Shown piece after piece: positions 18,903-27,416 of a DNA stretch of 64,000 bases. The position numbers and the translations under genes were made by a program. Source of the DNA: an uncultured Verrucomicrobiae bacterium (GTDB taxonomy: Bacteria; Verrucomicrobiota; Verrucomicrobiia; Limisphaerales; Palsa-1400); NCBI GenBank assembly GCA_963707025.1, contig CAVPOM010000004.1, positions 832,001-896,000 of the forward strand, given 5' to 3'. Numbering within the stretch: position 1 is the first letter of the stretch; each line of letters starts with the position of its first letter. The notes below the pieces were generated by a model. The model was not told where the DNA came from. It saw only the letters and a list, made by a program, of their open reading frames with translations, and ran no database searches.

Positions 18903-19576
18903 GCGCCGGCCAGTCAAGCATTGGCCGCATCCGGCCAATTTATGCGCGCCGCCGTCTCAAGGCCATCGCCGCCCGCTGGGATGCCCGGGCTGGCGCCTGG
19001 GAGCGCGCCCTGGCCGACCCAGCCTGTCCCCTGAACGAGGACGGCGCCTACGGCCGGTTCACCCGGGTCGTCCAACGCCTCATCGCGCGGCGGCGGCGAT
19101 TCTGTGCCAGCCACGGCGTCATAGACGCCGGTTGCGGGACCGGATTGGTTTTGGCCGAAGTGTTTTCCGCCTTTGCCTGGGGCATCGGCCTGGACATCAG
19201 CCCGCGGATGATTCGCCTCGCGCGCGCCAAGCGCCTGGCCCATACCCGTTTCGTCGTGGGCGACTGCTTCAATCTCCCGTTGCTTTGTCCCAGGGCCGGC
19301 GCGGTCCTCTCGCGCGGCGTGCTCCTCTCGCATTATGGCCGCGAGCAGGGTCAGGCCCTCCTCAACGCCGCCCGGGCCGCCTTGGTGCCGGGCGGCTTTT
19401 TGGCTTTCGATTTCTTGAATGCAGCCGCGCGCGGCCAACATCGCCACGCCCCGGCAAACAAAACCTGGTTCACCGGCCGGGAAGTCCAGGAGATGGCTCG
19501 CCGCGCCGGTTTCTCCACCGTCAGGACCTTGGGCAAATCAAACCGCCGCGCTCTCGTGTTGCTGGCCGAAACCTGA
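18899..19576 (+). CDS. Class I SAM-dependent methyltransferase
   Basis: ATGA overlap with the upstream gene. VIDAGCGTG, GLDISPRMI, LVPGG motifs. Confidence 0.85.
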   Translation: MSAGQSSIGRIRPIYARRRLKAIAARWDARAGAWERALADPACPLNEDGAYGRFTRVVQRLIARRRRFCASHGVIDAGCGTGLVLAEVFSAFAWGIGLDISPRMIRLARAKRLAHTRFVVGDCFNLPLLCPRAGAVLSRGVLLSHYGREQGQALLNAARAALVPGGFLAFDFLNAAARGQHRHAPANKTWFTGREVQEMARRAGFSTVRTLGKSNRRALVLLAET

Positions 19577-19659
19577 TCAACACCGGGCGGGATCCTCCCG
19601 ACCGCAAGTTGGGCTGCTGGCGGGAGTCCCTGCCTCAGTGAAAAGTTTTCCTAATGCAC

Positions 19660-19688
19660 TTGACCATTTGTTACATAAATGTTACACT
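19660..19688 (+). promoter_or_regulatory. Sigma70-type promoter overlapped by a TGTTACA-N4-TGTTACA operator-like repeat
   Basis: TTGACC (19660-19665), 17-nt spacer, TG-n-TACACT (19683-19688). TGTTACA at 19669 and 19680 (11-bp period) in an AT-rich patch upstream of the pyruvate-kinase-like gene. Confidence 0.6.
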
Positions 19689-19726
19689 TGTCCGATGATA
19701 AGGATGGAATCAGGACTGCGATCTGT

Positions 19727-20863
19727 ATGACGAACCTCACTCCGACGCAACGATTTAGAACCAGGAAGTCTCGTGCGGCGGTGCCCGGCCCTGCCATCTG
19801 GAAGGTGCCTGACATCATGGCCACCCTTGGGCCGACACTGGAAAAGCAGGAAGACTTGCGCCAGGCCATCCAAGCCGGCGTCCGCTGGGTCCGGCTGCCT
19901 TGCGGATACCGGCAGCGACCACACTTGGAGAACGCCCGGACCGCGCGCGCGGCTGCGACGCAAGCCGGCCTGCCCGTCCAATTGCTGCTGGACCTGCCCT
20001 CTTCCCGGCCGCGGACCGGGACGATGCAGGACCTGCAACTGGCCATAGGCGATGCCGTGCTTTTCTGGGATCCCGAGGCCGGCAGCGAGGCGCCCCTCAA
20101 AAACGGCGCGTGGCCGGTGCCGCTGCCCGGTCTGCGGGAGTTGGCGGACAAGCTGGCTGCGAAGCACCGCATGTGGTTTTGCGACGGGCGTCTTAACTTT
20201 GTCGTGGATGGACTCCATGACGGGTTTGTCGCAGCCCATTTAGTTGACGGTACCATCCCGCTCAAGTCTTCCAACGCGCTCTTTTTGCCCGATTGTTCCA
20301 GCGGTTTCAGGGCCATTACTCAACTGGACCGTGAGCTGTTGCGAGAGTTCGCCGCCGCCAAACTGCTTCCCGACTGGGTGGCTCTGTCGCTGATTGCATC
20401 GCCTCAGGACGTGCGCGAAGGTCGCGCGGAGGCCGGCAAATGCCTGGGCGCTGAAGTCCGCGTGATGGCCAAATTCGAGACGGTCGCGGCGGTGGAGTGT
20501 GCGGAGGCGATCATCGCCGCCGCGGATGGCCTCATGGTGGCCCGGGGCGACCTTGGCCTGGCCGTTGGCTACACCCGCCTGCCGGGCGTGCAAGAGCAGT
20601 TGGTGGCGGCCGCGCGGCGGGCTGGCAAACCGGTGGTTGTAGCCACTCAAATCCTGGAGACCTTCGCCGCAACCGGCCTCCCCCAGCGTCCCGAGCTTTC
20701 AGACTTGTCGCTCATCGCCCGCCAGGGGGCCGATGCCATCATGCTGGGCAAGGAAACCGTCTTCAGTCCTCGGCCTCTGGAGTGCATCCGCCTGGCGTCG
20801 GAGGTCCTGACTTACGAGACCCGGCGTTTCGAGCAGGTTTATGGCACACAGCGCCCGGTTTGA
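19727..20863 (+). CDS. Divergent pyruvate kinase-like protein (A and B domains only, no C-terminal regulatory domain)
   Basis: IMATLGP, MAKFE, DGLMVARGDLG, VATQILE, GADAIMLGKET. 378 aa from ATG 19727, ending just after the barrel. Confidence 0.85.
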   Translation: MTNLTPTQRFRTRKSRAAVPGPAIWKVPDIMATLGPTLEKQEDLRQAIQAGVRWVRLPCGYRQRPHLENARTARAAATQAGLPVQLLLDLPSSRPRTGTMQDLQLAIGDAVLFWDPEAGSEAPLKNGAWPVPLPGLRELADKLAAKHRMWFCDGRLNFVVDGLHDGFVAAHLVDGTIPLKSSNALFLPDCSSGFRAITQLDRELLREFAAAKLLPDWVALSLIASPQDVREGRAEAGKCLGAEVRVMAKFETVAAVECAEAIIAAADGLMVARGDLGLAVGYTRLPGVQEQLVAAARRAGKPVVVATQILETFAATGLPQRPELSDLSLIARQGADAIMLGKETVFSPRPLECIRLASEVLTYETRRFEQVYGTQRPV

Positions 20864-21659
20864 GTTGAAATACCTCATCGAGGAACCCCGCGCCGTGGCG
20901 GTGGCGGATTTTGTTTCCAGCTATCTTCGGCCTTCCGAGCACAACGGCTCCGGACCCATCCGCGGGCATCCGGTCATCAGCCTTTACCTGGATTCACCGG
21001 ATTTCTTTTTTTTCAGGCAGGCCTACCAAGGCAACAGAAACCGCATGAAGCTGCGCATCCGTTTCTACGACGACGAATGGCAGCGGCCCGCTTTCCTGGA
21101 GGTCAAGCGCCGCGTCAGCGAAGTCATCCTGAAAGACCGGGCGATGATGACGCGGGAAGGCGTCCGCCAGATCCTCACCCAAGGCTGGCCCGGCTGTCCT
21201 TATTGGGCCGACTTCACCCACCTCATCCACGGCCGGCGGCGGCAGGATGTGAACGAGGATTTCTGGAGGTTCGCCAACACGATGCGCGCCTGCGGGTCCA
21301 TTTATATCTCCTATTACCGGGAAATCTACGAGGCGCCCGAGGACGAGGAGCTGCGGGTGACCCTGGACCGCCAAATCCGCGGCAGCCGTTACGACGGCAG
21401 CGGCCGGTTGCAGGTTCCCCAGCGCGGCTGGCGTCCCTTTCTGCCTCCTTACGCAGCGCCGTTCCCCCAGAACGGTGTTATCCTGGAGTTGAAATTCGAC
21501 AATCAGGCGCCGCGCTGGATGTTTGATCTGGTCAAAATCTTCAATCTCCAGCGGATTCCCTTCTGCAAATATGTGGCGTGCATGTATGCGCAGGATCTGC
21601 AGTGGCGGCGGCGCGTGCTGGCGGAACAGGAGCAGGATTTGGTATTAACAGGAAACTGA
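20841..21659 (+). CDS. VTC-domain (polyphosphate polymerase-like, CYTH fold) protein
   Basis: RFELKYLI, SLYLDSPD, RMKLRIRFY, FLEVK, LRVTLD, ILELKF, FCKY. Confidence 0.9.
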   Translation: MAHSARFELKYLIEEPRAVAVADFVSSYLRPSEHNGSGPIRGHPVISLYLDSPDFFFFRQAYQGNRNRMKLRIRFYDDEWQRPAFLEVKRRVSEVILKDRAMMTREGVRQILTQGWPGCPYWADFTHLIHGRRRQDVNEDFWRFANTMRACGSIYISYYREIYEAPEDEELRVTLDRQIRGSRYDGSGRLQVPQRGWRPFLPPYAAPFPQNGVILELKFDNQAPRWMFDLVKIFNLQRIPFCKYVACMYAQDLQWRRRVLAEQEQDLVLTGN

Positions 21660-21668
21660 TCTGACATT

Positions 21669-22376
21669 ATGAACGATTTCATCAACCTGATCGAACACTC
21701 CGACCTGGCCCACTCCGTCTGGCCCGGCAACCCCGACCCGCGCATCGTCCTGTTCATCATCGTCCTGGCCTTTGCCGTGGGCATGTTCATCGGCTTTGTC
21801 TATATGTGGACCCACGAGGCGCTCTCCTACTCGCGCACCTTCGTCGGCGCACTGGGGGTGATGCCCTTGATCGTCGCCATGCTCATGCTCTCCATGGCCG
21901 GCAACGTCTTCGTCGCCTTCGGCCTGCTGGGGGTCTTCGGGGTCGTCCGCTTCCGCAATGTACTCAAAGATACGCGCGATACCGTCTTTATCCTCTGGGC
22001 GATCATGGAGGGTGTCGCCATCGGCACCACCCGCTTTTCCACCGGCGCCCTGGGCGCCCTGGGCATCGCCGCCGCTTTTCTTTGCCTGCGCTTCATGTCT
22101 TTCGGCACGCGGCTGCGCTATGACGCCGTGTTGAGCCTGCGCGTGACCGGGGATGTGGCGGCCCGGCTCCCGGCCTTGCAGCAGATCCTCAAGCGCCACG
22201 CCAGCCGGCTGGACCTGGCCAGCGAGCGCCGCACCACCAGCGAAGGCACGGACATGACTTACCGGCTGCTGCTGCGCGACACTTCCCGCTCCAATGAACT
22301 GCAATCGGAACTGACCAGCGCCGAAGGCCTGGCCAACGTCTCCGTTTATATGCACGAGGACGAGGCGGAGATTTGA
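21669..22376 (+). CDS. DUF4956 family membrane protein
   Basis: Several TM helices; AFGLLGVFGVVRFRNVLKDTRD motif; the usual neighbour of VTC genes. Confidence 0.88.
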   Translation: MNDFINLIEHSDLAHSVWPGNPDPRIVLFIIVLAFAVGMFIGFVYMWTHEALSYSRTFVGALGVMPLIVAMLMLSMAGNVFVAFGLLGVFGVVRFRNVLKDTRDTVFILWAIMEGVAIGTTRFSTGALGALGIAAAFLCLRFMSFGTRLRYDAVLSLRVTGDVAARLPALQQILKRHASRLDLASERRTTSEGTDMTYRLLLRDTSRSNELQSELTSAEGLANVSVYMHEDEAEI

Positions 22377-22388
22377 GCTTATACCCGG

Positions 22389-25300
22389 CTAGGGATTCAG
22401 GATCAGGCGATAGAAGCGATTGGTTGGGGACGGAGCGGAGGGATCGCAGATAGTAACGACCGGAGAGGCGGCGGTCAGGTTGGTCAGGAACTGCCAGTTG
22501 GCCGTGGCGAGGTCCCCGCTGTATAGCACGGTGTAATTGCGCCCGAGGAGAGCGGTCCAGCTTATCCGGAAGCCTTGGGCGGAGGACGCGGCGCCGTAGA
22601 ATTGGGGCGCAACGCCCGCCGAGGGAGCAAAGGCGATGCCGCGATAGAGCTGGTTGACGCCCGCAGTGGCCAACGTGCCCGCCAAGGATGCGGCACCGGT
22701 GTCGGTCACGGTGACAATGCGATTGGCGGAGGATTCCGCGGTGGTGGCGTAGATGATCGGATGTGGGCCGGTGAAAGCCACGGTCAGGCCGCGCGCGCCA
22801 ACGTTGGTCAGAGCGATAAACGTGTAGCTGAGCGTCCAGGCACTGCCGTTCAAGTCCCACCGCTGGATTCCGCCGTTCCCGGCCAGCGTGTCGTCGGCGA
22901 CGTAGGCCGAGGTGAAATTGGAGTTGAAGGCGAAGGCAAAAGGGCTGCTGTCCGGCCCGGTGGGAAGGAAGAGGGACGGGGCCGCGGAGCCGACGGGTGT
23001 GCCGGGGATTTTCCAGATGCCGGGAGTGGACTTGCTGGTGCTGAAATAGAGGTTTCCGCCGAGGTCCTGGATAACCATGCTGTTGGCGACGGCGGATTGA
23101 ACGGTGGCAGGGAGGCTGCCGCCAAAGTAAAATGTCCCGCTGTTGGCGCCTGCGCCCCAATAGTTGCCCAGGCCGTCGGTGGTGGCAGACCGGAAGTTGT
23201 TGGAGCTGTATTGGTTTGTGGTCAGGCCGAGGATGGCAAACTGACCGCTGCCATCCAGGGCGCCGATGACGCGGGGCACCGTTGCCGCGGCAGAACCGGC
23301 CAGCGAGGAAGAGCTGTTGCTGTAGGCCATATTGTAGCCCGCGAGCATGAGCAGGCGCCGGTCGGCGGAAAGGGTCAGGCCGCCCTCGGAGGTGGCGCTG
23401 CCACTGGCGAGGAAGGCGTTGGACGATTCATCGGGAATGGCAATGCTGCCGGCCAGCCCGCCATTGGTGTTGAATTGGTCCACGAAAAGGGAGTTGCCGT
23501 GGCTGCTGAGGGATTCCGCGCCGTCGCCCACGCGCACGACGGCCAAATTGCCGGGGGTGAATGGGAGAGGGGAGGAGCTTCCGGCGAAGCTGTTCTGGTT
23601 GACCACCGCGCCCCGGTCGTTTTCAAGGATCAGCGCGGAGTTTCCCTGCGCGCTGAGGAAGCCGGCGAACGGCCCCTGCACAAAAAGGTTCTGGCCGGCG
23701 TGCGGACTGGCGGCGCGGGCGCGGAAAGCGTTGACGCTGGCCGTGAGATAAAGAGATTTGCCGGCGGGGATGACTGTGCCGGGGCGCATGCGGAACTCAA
23801 TGGCGCCCGTCAGGCGCCAGTTGGAAACATCCACGGCGTAGGAGTTGGTGTTGCCCAGTTGCACGTATTGTTCGGCGGGATTTCCGCTGACAGGAGCGTA
23901 GTCGGAGGAGGCAATGAGGACGACGGCGTTCGTCGGCTGCGCGGCCGGAATGGAATTGCTGATGCTGATGGAAGTGCTGCCGTTGAGCGTGGCGTAAGGA
24001 CTGGTGTAAAGAAAGGCGCGCCGTCCGGCCAGGAAATTGGAGATCAGGCGTTCGGCGTCATTCGGGAAATAGCTGAGGTTGGTGTCGCCCCAGGCCGGCC
24101 CCCAGACCGCGTAGTCCAGCGCGGTGTCGGACGGGGAGAGGCCCGGCGGGTTGAGGGTGTTTTCGTATTGACGGATGAGGGGTTCGAGGACCTGCGCGCC
24201 CGCCGGCGTCCCGGCGGGCATGAGGATGGTGTCCATCAAGGTCCTCAGCCGCCGCAGATACATCTGGCTGAAATCGCCCGAGGCAAAAAACAGGTCGAAA
24301 AGGCGGTTGGCGGGTTTGGACTGGATGGGCGCGCCGGGATAGAAATCAAGGACGTTCGTTGTAAAAATGACGTCGTTGAAATAGTTCGACCCTGAGAATT
24401 CGTCCACCCAATCGCGCCCCCACGAAAGGTCAACGTCCCACGGGAAAATCGCCCATTCGCCGGTGTTGTCGCTGTCGCAATAGAGATAGAAATTTTTATG
24501 GCCGACGTCCTGATCGCTGGTCAGCGCCATGTCGGCAAAATAACTTGCCGTCTGCGGCAGGTCGAGGTTGTCGTAGGCGTAGGCCACGCGTGTGGCGAGC
24601 GCAATGGACTCGTCCAGGTTGGTGATCAGAGCGGTCAAGTCCGCCGTGCCCGCGGGGTCCGATTGACGCGTTTCCTTGACATTGCCCGAAGCGCTGCTCA
24701 TTTCATTATACATTTTGTAAAGCGCGCCGTTGTCATCGCGCCCGATGCGGTCCAAAAACAACCCGTCCCCATATTCGACCATGTCTTCCAGCCCCCAAAA
24801 GGAGCCGTTGAGATGGATGCGGATGGGAAAGGAGAAAAAGCCGACGCCGCCCGACTGGGCGATGGCGGCGTAGGTGAGGGTGGTGCGGAGGCGCGCCTTG
24901 TCGCTGTAGTCGCTCATGAAAATGACCTTCTGCTCGCGCGTGCCGTTCGGCGCGTAAAGAAAGTCGTGGTCCTTGGGAAAAACCAGGTCGTGGCTTTTCT
25001 TGGGCCAGCCGGTGGAGGTCTGCCCATGCACATGAATGGCCAGGTTGTCATACAGCTCACCCAGGTAGAACATCGAGGCCTGCGTGCCGGTTTGATTGTC
25101 GGCGGCGGACGGATTTTGAATGAACAAATAAGCCACCGGCAACTGCGAGTGAATGGCAGGATCGGCCACCACCGTTCCATAATACTGCTGCGATTCGGCC
25201 GGATCCGGGAAAATCGGCCAGCGCGAAGAGTTGCCGGCGGTGTCTGAAGCCGTGACATAATAGCGAATCAGTTGACCCGCCGCCGCCACCCCGGCGGGAA

Positions 25301-27272
25301 TTTTGCCCGTCCAGGTCCCGTCTCCGGCGGCGGCATCGCCATTGGTGCCGGCATCGTTCATGGGCGCGGTGGTTTCGGCGTCAAACATGACGCAATAATG
25401 CAAGGTGACGTTGGAAATGGCGCTGAAGCCGGGCGCCACTTGCGCGGTGACGGTGAGGGCATCGGTCGTTTGCGGAGGGTTGGGAGTGTGGCTGGCGCCG
25501 GTCATGATCGGGCCGAGATCGTTGCTGCTCGTGCCGTTGGGGCCGCCGGGAGTCGGCCCGGAGAAATAGCGATATGCGGCGAGGGAATTGGTGACGGTTT
25601 GGCCGAGCAATTGCGCCTGCAGCAGGAAATCGCTGTTGGTTGCGGCGAGGTTCAGGCCCTGCACGGCCAGCAGGTTGTTGCCCGCCTGCAAATACGGCGG
25701 CGCCGCGCTTAGGTCGAATTCCTGCCATTGCACCGCCCGCGGGTTCAGGTTCAGTTGCGTGGCGGTGGAATTCCAGGCCAGCGTGGCGGGGGCGCCGGCG
25801 GAGGCGATTTGCTGGCCGTTGAGGAAGGCGACGAAGCCGGCGTTGTAGCGCACCAGCAGGCTCAGTGTGCTGAAGGCCGGCGGGTCGGCCACGCTGAAAG
25901 GGATGCGCACGCAAGCGCTGGCGTTGGAACCATACATCAGGGCGCGGACATCGGTGTTGATGTAATTGCTGTAGTTGCCCTCGGCGACGTTGGTCGCCAG
26001 GAAACCGGTGATCTCGTTGCTGGCCAGGGCGCGGTACCAGACCGCAACCTCGTCAATGCCACCCTTGAAATAATTCCCCGTGGGATCAAACACCCCGTCG
26101 CCGCCGATGTTGAAATTGAACAGCGATTCGCCGAAATTCGCCGCCGAAATTGCAGTGCTCCCCACATTGGTGGCGTCGAGAAAAAGCGACAGCCGCCCGT
26201 TGCCGCCCACGGCCGTGACATAGTGCCACTGGTTGGTTGGGTATGGGTAGCTCGCGGACACCGAGCCGGCTGGCGTCCAGATCTGGATGGTGGGATAGGA
26301 ACTGAATCCAAATTCCATCGTGTCGTTTTGGCCGAACAAACCGGCCCGGTTGGTTTGCTGGGTCGTCGCCGGATTGATCCAACCGGCGATGGTGAAGGCG
26401 GGCAAATCATTGACCAGTTCATACGGTCCATTGACAGCGGCGCTGACCCCGTCAAAGACAGGCGCGCAGTTGGCCGCTTCCAATGTCGGACATTTCGGCG
26501 GACGCGGCCCCGCGCCGCCCAGCACGATATGGCCCAAGTAACCCGCCGCGTCCGTGACGCCGTCCGTACCGGAATTGACCGCCTGGACGCCACTGGTTTC
26601 GTTCAGGCGCCAGTAGGCGGCGGGTTGGGAAGCGAGTACTTTGGCGGCGAACGATTCTTCTCCCGGGTTAAAAAGGCCCGTTTCGTATCCAATCCCATTG
26701 GTTCCCGCCCGCCAGGTCGAATCATCGAATCCGGTCTGCTGCCAGGCTCCATCCACGGAGGAGTTGGTGGGAATGATGTAAGACATCGTGGCGTTGGTGA
26801 CCACCAGCGGGGTCGTGATAAAGGCCATGACCAGGCCGTAGGAGACATCTGGAAACTGCTGGGGATAGGAGGGCGAGAACTCGGTGGCGATGGAGAGGTC
26901 GGGACGGGACAGGGCCAGGTACTCCCCTGCGGGGTTGAGTTTGAAGTTGGTGTGGAGCGGGGCGCCGGGGACGCGGCGGTTCTTGCCGGAGGCAAAAACG
27001 ACCATAAATGCGCCGGGAGGGAGGTTGGTGGAGGGGAAAAGCCATTTTTCCGGGTTGCCCGAGCTGTCGCTCAACGCCCAATTGCGCAGATTAACATTTG
27101 TCATGGACGCGTTTTGCAGTTCGATCCAGTCCGAGTAATCGCCATCCTCGTCGGCCAGGGTGTGGGTGTTGCTCGCCATGAATTCCGTGAGGCGCACCTG
27201 CGCCAATCCGGTGGCGCATCCCAGAAACAAAAGCGCCCCGAGAACTGGCCGGAGATTAGCAAGCTTGGTCAT
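22389..27272 (-). CDS. Secreted multidomain CotH kinase family protein (lamin-tail domains, LamG/ConA-like domain, CotH, C-terminal FYRL-type tail)
   Basis: Signal peptide; LTD motif EFMASN...DWIELQN; LamG-like AYWRLNE...IDEVAVW; CotH-like GWPKKSHDLVF and HKNFYLY...FPWDVDLSWG. Intact 1627-aa ORF ending RFYRLILNP. Confidence 0.85.
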   Translation of the reverse strand: MTKLANLRPVLGALLFLGCATGLAQVRLTEFMASNTHTLADEDGDYSDWIELQNASMTNVNLRNWALSDSSGNPEKWLFPSTNLPPGAFMVVFASGKNRRVPGAPLHTNFKLNPAGEYLALSRPDLSIATEFSPSYPQQFPDVSYGLVMAFITTPLVVTNATMSYIIPTNSSVDGAWQQTGFDDSTWRAGTNGIGYETGLFNPGEESFAAKVLASQPAAYWRLNETSGVQAVNSGTDGVTDAAGYLGHIVLGGAGPRPPKCPTLEAANCAPVFDGVSAAVNGPYELVNDLPAFTIAGWINPATTQQTNRAGLFGQNDTMEFGFSSYPTIQIWTPAGSVSASYPYPTNQWHYVTAVGGNGRLSLFLDATNVGSTAISAANFGESLFNFNIGGDGVFDPTGNYFKGGIDEVAVWYRALASNEITGFLATNVAEGNYSNYINTDVRALMYGSNASACVRIPFSVADPPAFSTLSLLVRYNAGFVAFLNGQQIASAGAPATLAWNSTATQLNLNPRAVQWQEFDLSAAPPYLQAGNNLLAVQGLNLAATNSDFLLQAQLLGQTVTNSLAAYRYFSGPTPGGPNGTSSNDLGPIMTGASHTPNPPQTTDALTVTAQVAPGFSAISNVTLHYCVMFDAETTAPMNDAGTNGDAAAGDGTWTGKIPAGVAAAGQLIRYYVTASDTAGNSSRWPIFPDPAESQQYYGTVVADPAIHSQLPVAYLFIQNPSAADNQTGTQASMFYLGELYDNLAIHVHGQTSTGWPKKSHDLVFPKDHDFLYAPNGTREQKVIFMSDYSDKARLRTTLTYAAIAQSGGVGFFSFPIRIHLNGSFWGLEDMVEYGDGLFLDRIGRDDNGALYKMYNEMSSASGNVKETRQSDPAGTADLTALITNLDESIALATRVAYAYDNLDLPQTASYFADMALTSDQDVGHKNFYLYCDSDNTGEWAIFPWDVDLSWGRDWVDEFSGSNYFNDVIFTTNVLDFYPGAPIQSKPANRLFDLFFASGDFSQMYLRRLRTLMDTILMPAGTPAGAQVLEPLIRQYENTLNPPGLSPSDTALDYAVWGPAWGDTNLSYFPNDAERLISNFLAGRRAFLYTSPYATLNGSTSISISNSIPAAQPTNAVVLIASSDYAPVSGNPAEQYVQLGNTNSYAVDVSNWRLTGAIEFRMRPGTVIPAGKSLYLTASVNAFRARAASPHAGQNLFVQGPFAGFLSAQGNSALILENDRGAVVNQNSFAGSSSPLPFTPGNLAVVRVGDGAESLSSHGNSLFVDQFNTNGGLAGSIAIPDESSNAFLASGSATSEGGLTLSADRRLLMLAGYNMAYSNSSSSLAGSAAATVPRVIGALDGSGQFAILGLTTNQYSSNNFRSATTDGLGNYWGAGANSGTFYFGGSLPATVQSAVANSMVIQDLGGNLYFSTSKSTPGIWKIPGTPVGSAAPSLFLPTGPDSSPFAFAFNSNFTSAYVADDTLAGNGGIQRWDLNGSAWTLSYTFIALTNVGARGLTVAFTGPHPIIYATTAESSANRIVTVTDTGAASLAGTLATAGVNQLYRGIAFAPSAGVAPQFYGAASSAQGFRISWTALLGRNYTVLYSGDLATANWQFLTNLTAASPVVTICDPSAPSPTNRFYRLILNP

Positions 27273-27416
27273 ACCTCGTCCTTCTTACGTAATCATCAGT
27301 ATATCAGAAGAGTTAATGGGTTGCAATGGGGATTCTCAAGCAAGGCGGATGCGGGAGTTTAGATTCGGAGTTTTGGCTTGCAAAACTCCGCAAACTGGCT
27401 ATGCTCAACTGTTGCC

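Noticed and set aside
14781..19576. Prophage-borne DNA modification module
   Set aside because: No structural, terminase, polymerase or integrase genes and no att-like repeats are visible nearby; the flanks are dprA and the PK/VTC genes.
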